The notes: generated by a model from the sequence alone, not told the origin. 63,953 bases of DNA, filler included, from Sphacelaria rigidula (GCA_964200075.2; 11 parts of 11 records of this genome joined end to end with filler, not necessarily neighbours in it); one strand, 5' to 3'. Counted from the whole stretch's first letter, positions 12,714-25,559 are shown. Numbers and translations: made by a program.

Positions 12714-13055
12714 TCGCTCGATGCGACAGCGTCTCCTGCTGGATCGGCGTCCTCTGCCGCTACGGCCAGAACGACGAATCTTTTGTCGTGCGAGAGCGAT
12801 GACGATGATGGCAGTGATGCATGTGACATGGAGGGGGGTCAAGATGACGACCATGGCATGGACGCTATGCGTGGTACCTTGGGTGCCGAGGAGGGCATGG
12901 TAAGGCTGTCGGGAGCTGTTCAAGGTGGGAACGGTGGTGGTGATGGTACCATGGCAGTGCAATGGAAAGGAGACAGTGTCATACTCCAGCCGCACCAGCA
13001 GCAGCGGCAGCGGCAGGATCATTCTGGAGGTCCATCCGCATTTGGTCGCATATAA
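12714..13055 (+). CDS. Candidate terminal exon, low-complexity acidic/Gly-rich protein
   Basis: ACCAG acceptor in phase 0, open frame SLDATASPAGS...DDDDGSD..QQQRQRQ..AFGRI*, followed by UTR-like sequence. Confidence 0.5.
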   Translation, partial: SLDATASPAGSASSAATARTTNLLSCESDDDDGSDACDMEGGQDDDHGMDAMRGTLGAEEGMVRLSGAVQGGNGGGDGTMAVQWKGDSVILQPHQQQRQRQDHSGGPSAFGRI

Positions 13056-15603
13056 TGTTGCGGGGGCCGCGCGTTTCAGGCCTTCATCCCCAAACGATGT
13101 CATGCCCCGGCTGCAGCATTCGCAGTAGCAAGGTCGGTCTGGTGATGGTGATTCGGTCGCATATGATGTTGCGGATGCTGCAGGTCTTGAGGGTCGTTCT
13201 CGTGGTCAGTCGGCAGTTGGTTGTGTGTGATATAGCGGGTGCTGTGCTTTTCAGACTTTGCCTCCCAAATGCACCGATTTGTGGCCCGAATGATCCAGTT
13301 GGTCTTGATTGATTTGCGGCCCTTGTTCATGGTTCGGGCATGTCTGTTAATTTGCTCGGGTCACCCCCAACTGGGAAGGAATACGCAGTCATTTTTGAAT
13401 CGTAGCGTATAGCACCACGAATGGTGGTGTGGTGATGTGCATACACGAATGCGCCAGAGGTGGACGAAGATCTCGGAGTACTCCCGGTCGAGGAGATAAA
13501 TGTTACTCTTCTTCAGGAGAGATCTCAAACGGACGTTGCGCTGTTGTCAGAATGGCGCGTTTTGACAGTTTGCGCACTGGTTTGACTCTTAGGGATCAGT
13601 CGTATGTCGTCATTAGCGCTCCTTGTGTCGCGAAATTTGTGGATGTTTTATCGAGAGCATTTGAACGCGGCCAGAGTGTATCCAACGGTCGATCATTCGC
13701 GGGCGATGGTTGATGTAGATAGCTTTTATTGCCAACCCCGATTGGATGTTGGTCAGGTGTACCCTGAGAAGCCTTCCTCTCGGGTCGTACCTGCGGCAGG
13801 ACAGGCCATCGCCCGCGGATCGAAATGTACTGGTTTCAGTGTACTGAGAAGAGAGTGCTCTGTCCGGTACACTTACAAATGTAAATCGTTCCTTTAGTGT
13901 GTAATGCCCACATGACACAGATATGTCGGTTTGCTTGCTGTTGTTTTTTCGCGTGCGGGCGTTGTTTGATCGCTGACACCGCTTTTTTTCGTATCAAGGT
14001 CACCTTTTTAGGATGTGTTCAAGTCACTTTTGGAGGGTGTGGAACGTATCCGTGATGACACAGTTGTCATCGAGGACAGACGTGTGATGATCACGTTTGT
14101 TTCGCGAACTAATAGTACATGCTACTGCTTTTGGTTTTGCGCATGCTTCACATGTAAATTTGGGGAACGCGATGATGATCCATTGTTCATGGTGGGTATC
14201 CCAATGTGGTCATTCGTTGCAAGGATATTTGTGTTGTGTGCGCGGTTCTCGTTATATCCTCTGTTTCCCTTGACTCCCGTTTTGCTTGTGTTCCTTTTCA
14301 TGTTTTTATTTTCTTGTGTTTTCCCGCGACGGTGTCGACGACGAGGGTGACAGTTTTTGTATATAGTCGTACGAGTATGTTGCGCCACTTTCCAGCCGTT
14401 CGCCGCGGTACAGTATTGTAGCCACGACGATGTTGGCAGCTTTTGTGAGAACTTCGTGTGTGCGATAATCGCCTTTGTATTTCTACCTTTTTTTTGTGGC
14501 GGTAGGTAAGAGCCCACTCCCGTGTGTCGTTCAAGTATGGACCATCGCGCCCTTTTGAAAGCCCATTCGCCAGTCATGACGAGAGAGTACGAAGAAAGAC
14601 ACGATTGCGAATAAATGTGCCCTACCATGTCGAGATACGTGCCACGCAGGGGAAGGGGTGGGGTGGGGAGAGGATGATGGATGAACACTTGTGTGTGGAT
14701 GAAATAGTCGCTTTGATGTGTTGCCCCAGTCAGCGGCGAGATGGTAGCATTCTGCTGCTATCGATGTAGGAGGTACAATTACGCAAGTGCTTGCAGGGAG
14801 CCATATCACGGTAGGTCGTAGGATGCATTTGTTGATCCAATATATTTTCCCGAGAGAACCACTTTCACCGAACATCTTACATATATCCCCAGAGTAACGC
14901 GGGGGTCTCGATCGGGCTCCACGAGCGACCTTCCTATTCTCATTTCCTGCAGATTAGGGGCTAGCAATGGGACGATAGCTGTTCTGTCCCGGTTTAGGCC
15001 TTGTCGTAGTACTGTAGTATTGCAGTGATGGGGTCTTCTGCTGCAGTAGTTCAGGGGTTATCTGATGGGGGTTTCATGTGCGCCATCACTTGACCGCGGG
15101 TCTGCTCTACAAACCTGGGGCGTCGGTGCAGTGAAGCATTGCATGTGCCAATGCGCTACTGCAGTACCTAGACGGCACTTGGGCTGCAGGCCATGCTCTG
15201 CTTCACCCATGACCGACGCAAATTCTCAGTACTGCTTCCATCGAAGTCGGCCGCGGTTCGCCCAATTATATCGAAGGATGCTTGTTTCCGTTTTTTCAAC
15301 AGTCTGCCTTTCGCGAGTGTCATTTGTGACGGGGCGAATGGGCATACCGCCCGCGTGATCGTACGATGGGGAGGGGGGATGTCGAGCCACTCCTTGCGCG
15401 AAGGAGCCGTTTCGAAGTGCTTTGATTGGTTGTCGATGCAGGCAACGGATATCTTTGAAGCGCTCTGGATATCAAATCAACATCATGGTACATTTATTCA
15501 CACCTCCTGGCGCCACTATAACCGGCATGCACGTCCACAACGAGCAAAAGGGGGGTTGTGTAATATGTCCATGTACTTCCTTGATTTCGTGCAATTAAGC
15601 TGC

Positions 15604-15845
15604 GACACTTTCTACGATAGCCCCCCCCCAAAACGAGCCAAAAGTGTCCCGAAAAAAAAGACTATAAAGCGCCTGATGTTTGGGTTCAGGCTGCGTTAAG
15701 CGCCTCATATTGGCAACATTGGCGAGAACAAACCCAAGCGTGGAAATTCCCAGCTGCTCGTTGTGCTCAGCTTTTCCAATTTCGATTTACGTGAATCTCC
15801 CAAAACCATGCACTTTTGGGGGGGGGGCTATCGTAGAAAGTGTCC
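15604..15845. mobile_element. MITE family A (TIR GACACTTTCTACGATAG-Cn)
   Basis: GACACTTTCTACGATAGCCCCCCCCC...GGGGGGGGGGGCTATCGTAGAAAGTGTC; other copies at ~21488-21735, ~28524-28884, ~46660-46870 and a terminus at ~47732. Confidence 0.9.
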
Positions 15846-16283
15846 GGCACTCCCGATTTTCGGGAGATTAGTGCACCACTTGCCTCCGGACCATGCCAGC
15901 GCACATGCGCACTGATGGTGCATGAGGTGCTTCCAGGGCTGAGTAGAGTTAGGCGTTGACGTGACATCGCAAATGTATCGGTGGCCTTTGGGCACGAGGC
16001 GAGGGAGCAAGCCCGCGTGTGCATGGTGTCATTTTCCGATACCCATGTGTCATAACTTTACAGCCCGTTACGTCAAGCTGGCGTGGTCGGGTCCAGACGC
16101 TAAGTAATAAGCAGCTGCCGCCCCCGTTGGTCTAGCAGTGTCTAATCGTACAAGTGACAGACACAATGAGGGCGGGGGAAACGCGGTTGAATTCCCACCA
16201 GATTCGTCCAAGTTGCTTTCAGTTCCTCCGCATTATCTTATTTTCATCTTTGAAAGCGTGAGGACGTGAGAAGTAGCAAAATA

Positions 16284-16535
16284 GTCATGCTACGATAGGC
16301 GCGCGGGGGGGTATTTTGGGCCGTTGTCTTCCACGAAATTCTACGTGCAATCGTCGTCGATAGCAGCAACGGTTGTTTGACCGCGTTCGCTCCCGATTAA
16401 TAAACGCTCATATATACTGCTCGACACCCCTTTTACCCAAATACAAGTGCACCGCGAGTGTGTGACGTCGTCTGAGGCACCCAGGAGCCCGTTTTTTCGT
16501 GGAATCGAACCCCCCCCCCCCTGTCGTAGAATGTA
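16284..16535. mobile_element. MITE family H (TIR GTCATGCTACGATAG-Gn)
   Basis: Inverted termini; interrupts the repeat that is intact at 181-560; opposite-orientation copies at ~44967-45234, 23295-23420 and ~32420-32530. Confidence 0.75.
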
Positions 16536-17471
16536 AAACAGACTCTTTTTGAGTCATCATGCTACGACAGGGGCGTGCTCATGATCATGCATGCCATAGT
16601 CACGAGTCCGTTTTACTTGAATCTTGTTGGACGATAGTCGACACAGTGTGGGAGTGCTGATCTAATCTGCGATACCAAAACGCAAGGCTTGTACCGGGGG
16701 CGAGATGGGTCCATTCCTTGAGACTACGCATTCGTTCCGAGGAAGGGGAAGAACCAGAAGTGAAAACAGGGAACAAGGTACTTATACGTTTTCCACTTTG
16801 CATGACATCTTCGGTTATCCTCCGCTGAAGTTGATATGCACAGCGTAGAGGTCAATCTGGACCAAGCAAACCACCCTCATCTATGAACCGTCCGCTTCTT
16901 CTGGGGGAGGGCAAAAATCAAACACTGTGTGTACTCTGTTCATTTTGGGACCCACCTCTGCTATCCTGTCGACCTGAACGTGATGATTTTCTGGCCTGTA
17001 GAGTATTCGTTTCACTTCGAGTTTTGAATTCGACGTGTCTGTGCCCAAGCGCTCATCTTTTGTGTTCCCTACAAGGAAGGGTTCTATTACACACCATATT
17101 CGCTACTCTGTCACGTATTGACAAGTTGAATCCTCAGGCGACGCCAGTTTTTATGACGTGTGCTTAAGATGCTGTGTGCTGCGGTAGTACTAGACACGGC
17201 GTTACGTGCCCGCCTATGTTGAAAATCAGAGCCTGGATAGCGAGATCCACTTGCATTGCACGAAGACGCGAAGGACTTGCTCAGAAGGTAAGCACTGGCA
17301 ATTAACAGCCGATTTTATATTTTGGGGTTCATACAAAATATGGGGCTGAAGTGGCATATCTCTCTTGCACGNNNNNNNNNNNNNNNNNNNNNNNNNNNNN
17401 NNNNNNNNNNNNNNNTTAATTAATTAANNNNNNNNNNNNNNNNNNNNNNNNNNNNNNNNNNNNNNNNNNNN

Positions 17472-17702
17472 TTAGACGGTAGCGAGAAAACGGCGGCTAT
17501 ACTAGGAGATAGATGGTGGCCAGAGACGGTGAAACAGGACGGGGATAAGATATGTACGAGGTTTTTTTGCAATGCATGGAAGAAACGTAATGAGCGCCGG
17601 AAGGTTGGAGGTGTCTCTATTAGGAGTAGCAACGGTGCTCCGTCTCGAAAGGGATGCATGGTCAATGGTCAAACGACAAGGCAAGCAACAAATGAGTACG
17701 CG
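17472..17702 (+). mobile_element. LINE 3'-end fragment
   Basis: Open frame LDGSEKTAAILGDRWWPETVKQDGDKICTRFFCNAWKKRNERRKVGGVSIRSSNGAPSRKGCMVNGQTTRQ.., ends ATGAGTACG then C-tract. Confidence 0.85.
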
Positions 17703-18732
17703 CCCCCCCTCCCCCCCTTTCAAATTTGGAACGGAAGGTACGTGTGTATGGTATTGTATAAACATGGCCCACGCTACCGTGAAGTAATCAACTCCCGGCC
17801 TTGTACCTGACTCATTATCATACACACGAATGTATGCATATACGCCACCGATTGAGCTGGTGGCATTGCCGGGTGGTTATGTACGAATTAATCTCTCAGG
17901 GTGTTGTGGCCATATCGGGCTGGAGCACCTTTGGTTATCGGTGACCCCTGTCAAGGTTAGTCCCCACGGCCCAAGACCCCGAGCACACAAATGTTACGTG
18001 CCCTTCTGCTACTCATGATTCATCTTGCGTGTGGTGTTATGAGAGTATTCATTGTTCAGATCAAGCGTAGAACCCCATTCGGCAGTCCGCAGCCGACGTC
18101 ACTCAATCCGTTCTTACTCCTCGCGGTATACACTGTCTTGTTCCAGTTGATATATTGACATCACGTTTCCATGAAAGTCATACTGAAACCAAGCACTTTG
18201 AACAACATATTCAAAGTGATTCGTCCTTTGACCCCACACTCCAAGTCAGGTAACTTGTACGCAATGCACATGGGTCAAGGTTTCCGGTGGTACACAAAAC
18301 CCAAATGAGTTTCTGGTACCCCCCGAGATCCAAGTTCTTGCCCCCCCCCCTCCCTGCCAATCGTACCTCCCCCAATCGAGTATCGGTGGGGTTGTGCATT
18401 ATCCCTGCCCAACCTTTATTGACCACCACTCTATCTACCGCCGGAAATCCGGAGTCCGCAGACATGTTTCGGCTTCGTTGTTTGAACCTCATTTAAGTTA
18501 TTGTGGATTTTGTTGATCGTGTTTCGGGCCTTGTTCCTTGTACCCGACGCTCGCAGCAATACGTACCTTGTTCCTTGTAACGGTAAATTCTGGGACAAGA
18601 TTCCGGTACCAGTTCAGTTCGTGGGTGATTCCGCAGTAGCCCCCCCCCCCCTGGAATGTCGCTGATTTGAGGAAGCAAAATCTGCGTGTGTACCAAAATA
18701 ACTAAATTCGAGCGCACCGAGTCACTGAGAAC

Positions 18733-18941
18733 TCCGAGGGCAGGCCGAGTAGAGTATACTCGATTGCGGGGTATTTTGAACGTCGTACTTTAAGTACACA
18801 AAAGGGGGTAGGGTTCTAGGTGTCGCTTTCCAGTTTTTTCTTGGGGTACGACTACCAACATTCTACCCCAATTTGAGTACCTGAGGTCCGACCTTTAAAA
18901 TACCCCGCAATTGTGTACACTCTACTCGACCTGCCCTTGGA
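18733..18941. mobile_element. MITE with ~60-bp TIRs
   Basis: CCGAGGGCAGGCCGAGTAGAGT..ATTGCGGGGTATTTT...AAAATACCCCGCAAT..ACTCTACTCGACCTGCCCTTGG; a related end at 1-83. Confidence 0.8.
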
Positions 18942-19122
18942 TAACTCGCACGCTTGGGGTCGTTTTCGTCGACCTTACCCATGTGTGGGTCTCGTTCATG
19001 CAGTCTGAAACCAGGTTTATTACGCGCTATTTGGCCATCTTTTCCGTGACATTTTAGGGATTGATTTGGGTAGGAGTTATCGTGGCTCGTGTGAAGAACG
19101 GCGGTGATCAGCAGCCCCAGCT

Positions 19123-20928
19123 CTACACACGGCGTCGGCGAAGTGCAACGTTACTACTATCACCACCGCCGAATGATACAAATGGTTCAAGACTATCACT
19201 GCTGCCTCTGTCACTCCACCGATCGTGCTTCACGTTGTTGCGTGTGGTACGACTCATGTCCTGTCCCGAAAAAGGTATGCTTGGCCTCCCCACCGCCATT
19301 TCTTGTCGTGCTGGGGCTTGAGGGAAGCTACGTTCCACAACGCCACGTTTTTGTTGATGCTCAATGTCCCCCGAATATTTGCGCCTGCTAAGGTCATCGT
19401 CGCCCTTGCCGGTGGTGCTTTCGCTGCTGCTGCTGCTGCTGGCGCTGCTATATATGTTGTTGCTGCTTTTGCTTATGATTTCTCTCGCAGGACTTTGGAC
19501 AAACGTCGAAGACGACGGTGATGATATTGCTGTGTGGGATGCTGCAGAAACCATTGCAGACGACGATGGACGGAGCTGCGGTTGATTTCGTTGCAGATGG
19601 TGCAGTTGATGCTGACGCTCGCGAATAGCCGTTTCTCGGGCCGGTGTAATTTGGTCGTACCCGTGCACTTCGCGTTTTGGATCCCAGGTAAAGCTGCGTC
19701 TATTTTTACTCTCATCAGGAAATTCCGGCTGTGTCACGGAATATTCCTGCAAGTTGCCGGCGATAGAGCCGACGTGCCCAGCACTGCTGCGGCTACTGTT
19801 GGCACTAGACCAAATCTGTTTCGATGACGACGACGGCGACGACGATGATAGTGATGATGATGAGGAGGATGATGATGTCCAGCCGTCGGGCGCATGTGTT
19901 GGTTTCGTAGTTTTCATCACCGTGCTATTTTTACATCGATACGTATTGTTGGCACGGGCGTTTGTTCCGGAAAAAATCTCGCCGTCGACGCTGCTACTAG
20001 TGACGTCACCGCCACATATCCCCAGATGCAACCCCGTCTGTCCCAATCCCCGTTGTCGATCCCGATAAGTCATGACTTTTTTCATACCCCCGAGCCTAGA
20101 AAGCGACATCGCGTCATCATCGACGTCATGACGTTTCCGTCTTCCGACAGTGGTATGATGCAGATAATGATCATCGGAGCAGACACTCCGAGGTACCGCT
20201 GTTCTCGCGTTCAAACCCCCCAGACGCGGCGAATCTGCCTCAGGACACCGTAGCCATCGACTGTCACCAAGTGTAGGCCACCAGTCGGCATGCTTTCTTC
20301 TCTGTGCATATGATGGCGATGGACCAGTTCGGTCTGAGCATCCCAGCCCCGTCCCGTGGCCATGCAATATTCCTGCTGGAGACTGTGTGGTTACCAGAAT
20401 TTGACGACTGTCGCCAGGGAACGGCAACGACACTCGTGATTCGCTATCCCCTATTCTCGCTACCTCACCAGTACCTTCACGTTTGCCGCATTCTCCGAAG
20501 CCGCTATCGACGACCGCTCCACCGCCACCCCGTTTATTTGTCCTCATCAGTTCTGTCGACACTGCGCTTGTAACACCGACTGCGCCGGGCTGGATGCGAT
20601 CAACACCACAAGGAATCATTGGTTCGGCCGATTCGAATCCTGGAGCTACTGCCACTTCCGCCGCCGGATAAAATTCACCAACTCCAGCATGTTCGCTCGA
20701 TGCTACCATTGAAGATCTACCTCGCGCGAAGTGGTCAGGTGCATGGTCACCCCGATGACATTGTTGTTGCCGTCGACCTTCTAACCGTGCCAGCGACGAA
20801 TCGTACCGGTTTGAGTGGGTTTTATTCTGGAACGAAATATATTGCCCGTCACTACTGCAGTGGTATGCGTCAGGATTGTCGTGTTGGGAATGAAGCCATG
20901 ATCCATCTCCCTTCAGATTGTGTATGCC
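19123..20928 (-). CDS. Large, probably terminal exon of a Ser/Gly-rich low-complexity protein
   Basis: 1.8-kb stop-free frame with poly-S, poly-G and Q-rich tracts; GAACAG acceptor at 20929-20934. The listed ORF start at 20988 lies inside a LINE fragment and is not the real start. Confidence 0.75.
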   Translation of the reverse strand, partial: GIHNLKGDGSWLHSQHDNPDAYHCSSDGQYISFQNKTHSNRYDSSLARLEGRRQQQCHRGDHAPDHFARGRSSMVASSEHAGVGEFYPAAEVAVAPGFESAEPMIPCGVDRIQPGAVGVTSAVSTELMRTNKRGGGGAVVDSGFGECGKREGTGEVARIGDSESRVSLPFPGDSRQILVTTQSPAGILHGHGTGLGCSDRTGPSPSYAQRRKHADWWPTLGDSRWLRCPEADSPRLGGLNARTAVPRSVCSDDHYLHHTTVGRRKRHDVDDDAMSLSRLGGMKKVMTYRDRQRGLGQTGLHLGICGGDVTSSSVDGEIFSGTNARANNTYRCKNSTVMKTTKPTHAPDGWTSSSSSSSSLSSSSPSSSSKQIWSSANSSRSSAGHVGSIAGNLQEYSVTQPEFPDESKNRRSFTWDPKREVHGYDQITPARETAIRERQHQLHHLQRNQPQLRPSSSAMVSAASHTAISSPSSSTFVQSPAREIISKSSNNIYSSASSSSSSESTTGKGDDDLSRRKYSGDIEHQQKRGVVERSFPQAPARQEMAVGRPSIPFSGQDMSRTTRNNVKHDRWSDRGSSDSLEPFVSFGGGDSSNVALRRRRV

Positions 20929-20958
20929 CTGTTCCACATGGCGGGGGGAGGGAGGGGG

Positions 20959-20994
20959 TGTACTCATGATCATGCATGCCATAGTCATCAGACC
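20959..20994 (-). mobile_element. 36-bp LINE 3'-end insertion (second subfamily) with G-rich TSD
   Basis: TGTACTCATGATCATGCATGCCATAGTCATCAGACC flanked by GGCGGGGGGAGGGAGGGGG and GGCGGGGGAGGGTGGGGG; related tails at ~16574-16602 and ~43770-43810. Confidence 0.7.
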
Positions 20995-22903
20995 GGCGGG
21001 GGAGGGTGGGGGGGGGATTGACGGAATCGAGTATAAGCCGGAAGGCTACGGCAGATGGGCGAGGTACAGCCTCAGAACACTGGTTATGCGGTTCCAACGA
21101 CCATCAGACGGTGTGCCACGTTTTGAACTTACTCCGACGATGTCGCAGTGCAATGAGAATAACTTCATGGTCTTTATTCAGCGCGATTCGTGTTCTCGCT
21201 ACCGGATGGGGAAAAAGCACGAATGAGGAACAAGGGGTAAAATAGAACGACCTCCGACTCCTCAGCTTGAGTTCATCGGAGCGATACTAGATCCGCACCA
21301 CGGTCTGGCATCCCAACCGGACAGACCCAATATTTTCGCCGCAGTGTGTGTCCTGTCCAGACATGAGAAGCACCCCTCGAATTCTCAGAAATAACATCTG
21401 CTGCAATATGGGGCTATGCCCTTTCTAAACGGTCTTTGACAAGAAAGTAGTTCATTAGTGATCGGTGTCCGGCCAATCTTCTATGATGACACTTTCTACG
21501 ATACTTACCCCCCCCCCAAGAAAACAAATTAAGTGACCGGTTCTGGGGAGGCAAATTCTGCACGTAAATCGAAATGACAAAGGCCGAGCACGACGAGCAG
21601 CTGGGAATTCCCACGCTTCGGTTCGTTTTTGCCAATGCCGCTCATATGAGGCGCTCTATGTAGCCTCAAATCTAACATCAGGCGCTGTATGACCATTTTC
21701 TCCGGGACAGTTTTGGGCTGAATTGTTTTGGGGAAGGCCTTCGCAGGAAGATTCTCAGGCCGAAATGGAAGCAGAGGGCGCGATAGCGCGTTATCCAAGA
21801 CTCTTATTTCAGTTCCCCTTCCCCAACCTCGACCTCACGAGTTCGGAGCAGCGACCTCAGTCCGCTTCAGCGAAATCAAGAACCTGAGGTGGTTATACTT
21901 GGTAGACAAACTGCACTACTGTGTAGGATGGGATATACCCGGAAATGAGCATGCTGCTTACCTCTGCCTCTACAAGGACCGAGTAGAGCCATACCGACAT
22001 GCATCCCGAAATACATGTCGCCGACATTAGGGCAGGGCTGGTGATCACGGCTGCGGCGTGACCCCCTCCTTCGGGATGGAGCACACTACCTCCCAGCAAC
22101 GCGTTCAGCCGTGCGCCTGATATTGAATACCGCGACCGAGATATGTACACGAAGATGGTTGTGCTATTTTCCCGAATATCACGCGGTCACGTTCGATCTG
22201 CTGAAAGCCAGCAGTATTACACCCTCTCCAGTGTTGTATCCACACTGTGATGCTAGGCTACCACTTGCCCTAGAAACGTTTGCCATAGGTTGCTCCAACG
22301 AAACTACATGGTACGTCACTTGCACGTATTAGACACGCATCACTGAACACGGGCCGCCAGAGAGAGGCAAATGCTCAGTACACCCGGATTACCGGTGCTA
22401 GTGCAGACATGTATTCAGTACGTCCCGACTATCGGTGTTATTACGTTACCTCGTGATTCTGAAGAGCGCAGATCTACTGTTCAATGCACACCGGTTTCTG
22501 TGATTGTATGAGATCTCACATAGGCAAATGTACACGAATACCACCGTGCCCGAAAAGATTGGCGCGTAAAACCTCAGCCGCAGTCGCCTGCAACGGTAGT
22601 GTATCATGCCGTGCTCCCCCGCCACGCAGTCAGTTCTAGTTCCTCTGCAGCTCCAGAAGCGAGAACCTGCGTTTCTCCGAGGGGACAATAACCGTGAACG
22701 GCAGGTATAGAAACTTTGCCGTGGCGGCGTACGATGTAGTGCAGTACAGTGTGATGTCGATTTCAACACAAGATGGGGTTGTGGTGTAACATCAGATGGC
22801 CCACGATAGCCCACGATAGTTGTGGCGTGTACGTTTCCTTTCTCGTTCACAAAAAAGTCAATCAAAGGTCCGCAAGTATCCTCTTGAAATGTGCTTCATC
22901 GAC

Positions 22904-23037
22904 CTGCAGCGCAGGCGAATGATAACTGCGTTGACTGTCTCTGGTGGTGGGAAGCGGTTGTTGAACGGCCGATTCTCGATCTGGCAAGAGGTCTCGGACC
23001 CAGTAAAAGTGCTCCGGATACATGCGCATGCAAGCAC
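22904..23037 (-). CDS. Candidate upstream exon of the 19123-20928 gene
   Basis: TGCAG acceptor; frame ACMRMYPEHFYWVRDLLPDRESAVQQPLPTTRDSQRSYHSPALQ ends in phase 0, compatible with the next exon; donor GTCGAT is weak. Confidence 0.4.
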
Positions 23038-23134
23038 CTGCACTGAAGAAGTTTGTAACGTGAAGGAAGAGCCGGTGACGATTGTTTGTGTGGTGAATCG
23101 GCCCCCACTGCCCCTATTCCGATTAGTACTCTTA

Positions 23135-23194
23135 GCCGGTCGCCCCGGTGGCTCAGTTGGTAACCTCGAAACCTTCTGATGGTTGGGTCGTGGG
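23135..23194 (+). mobile_element. tRNA-derived SINE head, family 1
   Basis: GCCGGTCGCCCCGGTGGCTCAGTTGGTAACC with Pol III A-box TGGCTCAGTTGG; near-identical copy at 40570-40635; both at scaffold ends, as expected for a high-copy repeat; no proper anticodon arm. Confidence 0.7.
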
Positions 23195-24150
23195 NNNNNN
23201 NNNNNNNNNNNNNNNNNNNNNNNNNNNNNNNNNNNNNNTTAATTAATTAANNNNNNNNNNNNNNNNNNNNNNNNNNNNNNNNNNNNNNNNNNNNGGAGGA
23301 GCGTTATTGATCCACAACAAGCTTGTGCGAACAACCGCTGCTGCTTTCAACGACGATCTGACTCGAAATTTTGAGCAACAAATGGCCCAAAATACCCCCC
23401 CCCTCTATCGTAGGATGACTATTGCATTTACGAGGTGGTCCAGCCTGGACCCGAATTTGTAGTTTGCAGGCCCATCTCACCTCAATTTTGGTACGGAGAA
23501 GGCATAAGACATGATGGAAACAAAAAGCGGGACGGGAATACATGTTTTTTCCATGAGTTCACGGCATTTTTATTCATTCTTCGTACCAAATATGAAAATC
23601 CAACTCTCAAGATTGAGGTGAGAACGGACGATTTAGAAACTGGGCCGGCCGACGTTCGAAACGGTACTTTGCAGGCCACTTATCTTAGCGTGTAGGTCAA
23701 CGGCTGGTCAGTCGATTAGGAAAAAAAAACAGAACGAGTTAAAGGAACGGGATTTGAATACGGTGAGACACGCTTGGTGCAAAACCGCTCAACACCAAAC
23801 ACGACTTGCCAATTGCATAGTAAAAAAAAAGCGTTTTGAACATGATGGAGCGCATGCTATCCACGCCTCGAAGTGATGGAGCTGGTATCTGATACCCGAC
23901 CCTACGCGGAGCATCTCTGCCAGTTTCTATTTTCAACCATCCCCGTCATCCTTGAGGGCGTGTATGTACCCACATCTTGGATTTATTTTTACTTTTCAAG
24001 GTTGTGTCCTGTGAGGTCTAGTATACCCGGAAGTGGAGGATTGTTGGTTGGCATACTACATACTACAATCGAAGTGTGTTCAGAACGTTCCGGTAGGGTG
24101 CGGACGGTTGTCTACCGACAAATGACCTCTGTTGTACTTTTGTAAAATAC

Positions 24151-24553
24151 CACACCCTGGACAATAGAATACGCGGTCAAAAAGTGCACGGTTCGGACGA
24201 ATCATCGCCGGTTCATGTCATCAAATCTGCGATTTTTTGGGCCTGATTGCTCGAAAGAGAGGGAAAAGTTGAACGCTGGTCGAAAAGGTTTCCACGCAAT
24301 ATTTGCGCCGATCCATGTGCCTGAGCTGCGCGTTCCTGGACTGCACCGCTGAAAACAAAGCTTCAGGATTGATTCGTATGGTACGAATCAATTACACCAA
24401 AATCAAGTAAATTCCAGACGACGTATAAATTCATCCGACCCTTGAGACAGTGTACTGCGTACAGTATCGACTATTACGCCTATTGCAACATGCAATATAT
24501 TGCATACTGTACGCAGTACATTTTTTGACACTAGTGTATTGTCCAGGGTGTGG
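24151..24553. mobile_element. MITE family C (TIR CCACACCCTGGACAATA) with nested family-B MITE at ~24190-24445
   Basis: CACACCCTGGACAATA...TATTGTCCAGGGTGTG. Other C copies at ~24612-24756, ~41843-42120, ~43202-43349, ~45925-46057, ~51215-51352. Other B copies at ~27485-27742, ~28083-28345 (reverse), ~42200-43105 (interrupted). Confidence 0.8.
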
Positions 24554-24987
24554 AAAGTGCCAGAATTTCAGTTGGTGTACCTTACAGAATACCCACCTTG
24601 GGATTTTTTTTTACCCTGGACAATGAATTGCATTGGCGAAAAGTGTACTGCGTGCAGTATCGAATCCGTCATCTAAAGCAAGATATGTAACAATAGACAC
24701 AATATTCGATTCTGTAAGCAGTACACCCCTTACCAGTGTAGTATCTTGTCTAGGGGTAGAATTTTCGCGTATTGTGGCGGAAACCCCGTCGAGGCGTTGC
24801 AATCACTTGAGTTTAGTGTGCAAGACCAAAAACAAGAACACATAATTTGTAAGCATTATGCAAAAACATGACAAGCGCAGAAGCCTAGTGCAAGTGTGTG
24901 GTCGTAGGTACAGTACGCATTTACAATAAATATGACCCCCTTGTCATTTCCAAAATGTGCTTGTCTTGTATTTTCTTCAAGTAGCAC

Positions 24988-25065
24988 CTGAGTGCAGGAC
25001 AGGAGACGCTCTATCTCCGACCGTATACAATGCACCCACGACTGGTGGCTTCCTTCGTCTTCCGC
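24988..25065 (-). CDS. PH-domain protein (ACAP/ArfGAP-like), exon with the PH C-terminal helix
   Basis: CCAG|...CAG|GTGCTA, 26 codons, phase 0/0: AEDEGSHQSWVHCIRSEIERLLSCTQ (LQA.....WV..I helix). Confidence 0.8.
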
Positions 25066-25559
25066 CTGGTGCAAAAAAAGAAAAAAAAGAAGAAAAAAAA
25101 CAGAAGAAGGGGAACATAATAAAATGGCACAAAATGAAGGGAAAAGAAAACAAAGGCTGAGCGGAGAGAGGGCGGAAGGGAGAGGGGGGGGGGCGCGGAC
25201 AAGCGGACAAGAGGACAAGAATGGTCGCGACATGTCGGCACTGTTTCCCACAAAAACTGAACGAATAAATCGATCTATGATAAACCGACGGAAAGACCAC
25301 CAATCAAAAGTTCATCACGCGTTGCAGTGTATGCATCCGTGAAAATGTGCCGCAGTCATGGTAAATTCCCCGCTCCAGAAATGCTCCACGCACCGTACGT
25401 CCTCGCGAAATGAATGTCTTGCAGAGTGATACCCCGTATCCCGCTCTGCCATCAAAGCGCAGTAGTGTAACTTACTTGTTCGGTGAGAACCTTTCCGGGA
25501 TGTTATTACTTGATTTGAGTGTCAACACCGATATTCGGATTTTTAGTGGGGCTGACAGT

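Noticed and set aside
23135..23194. Functional tRNA gene
   Set aside because: A-box present but no canonical anticodon stem-loop; a duplicate at 40570 indicates a SINE.
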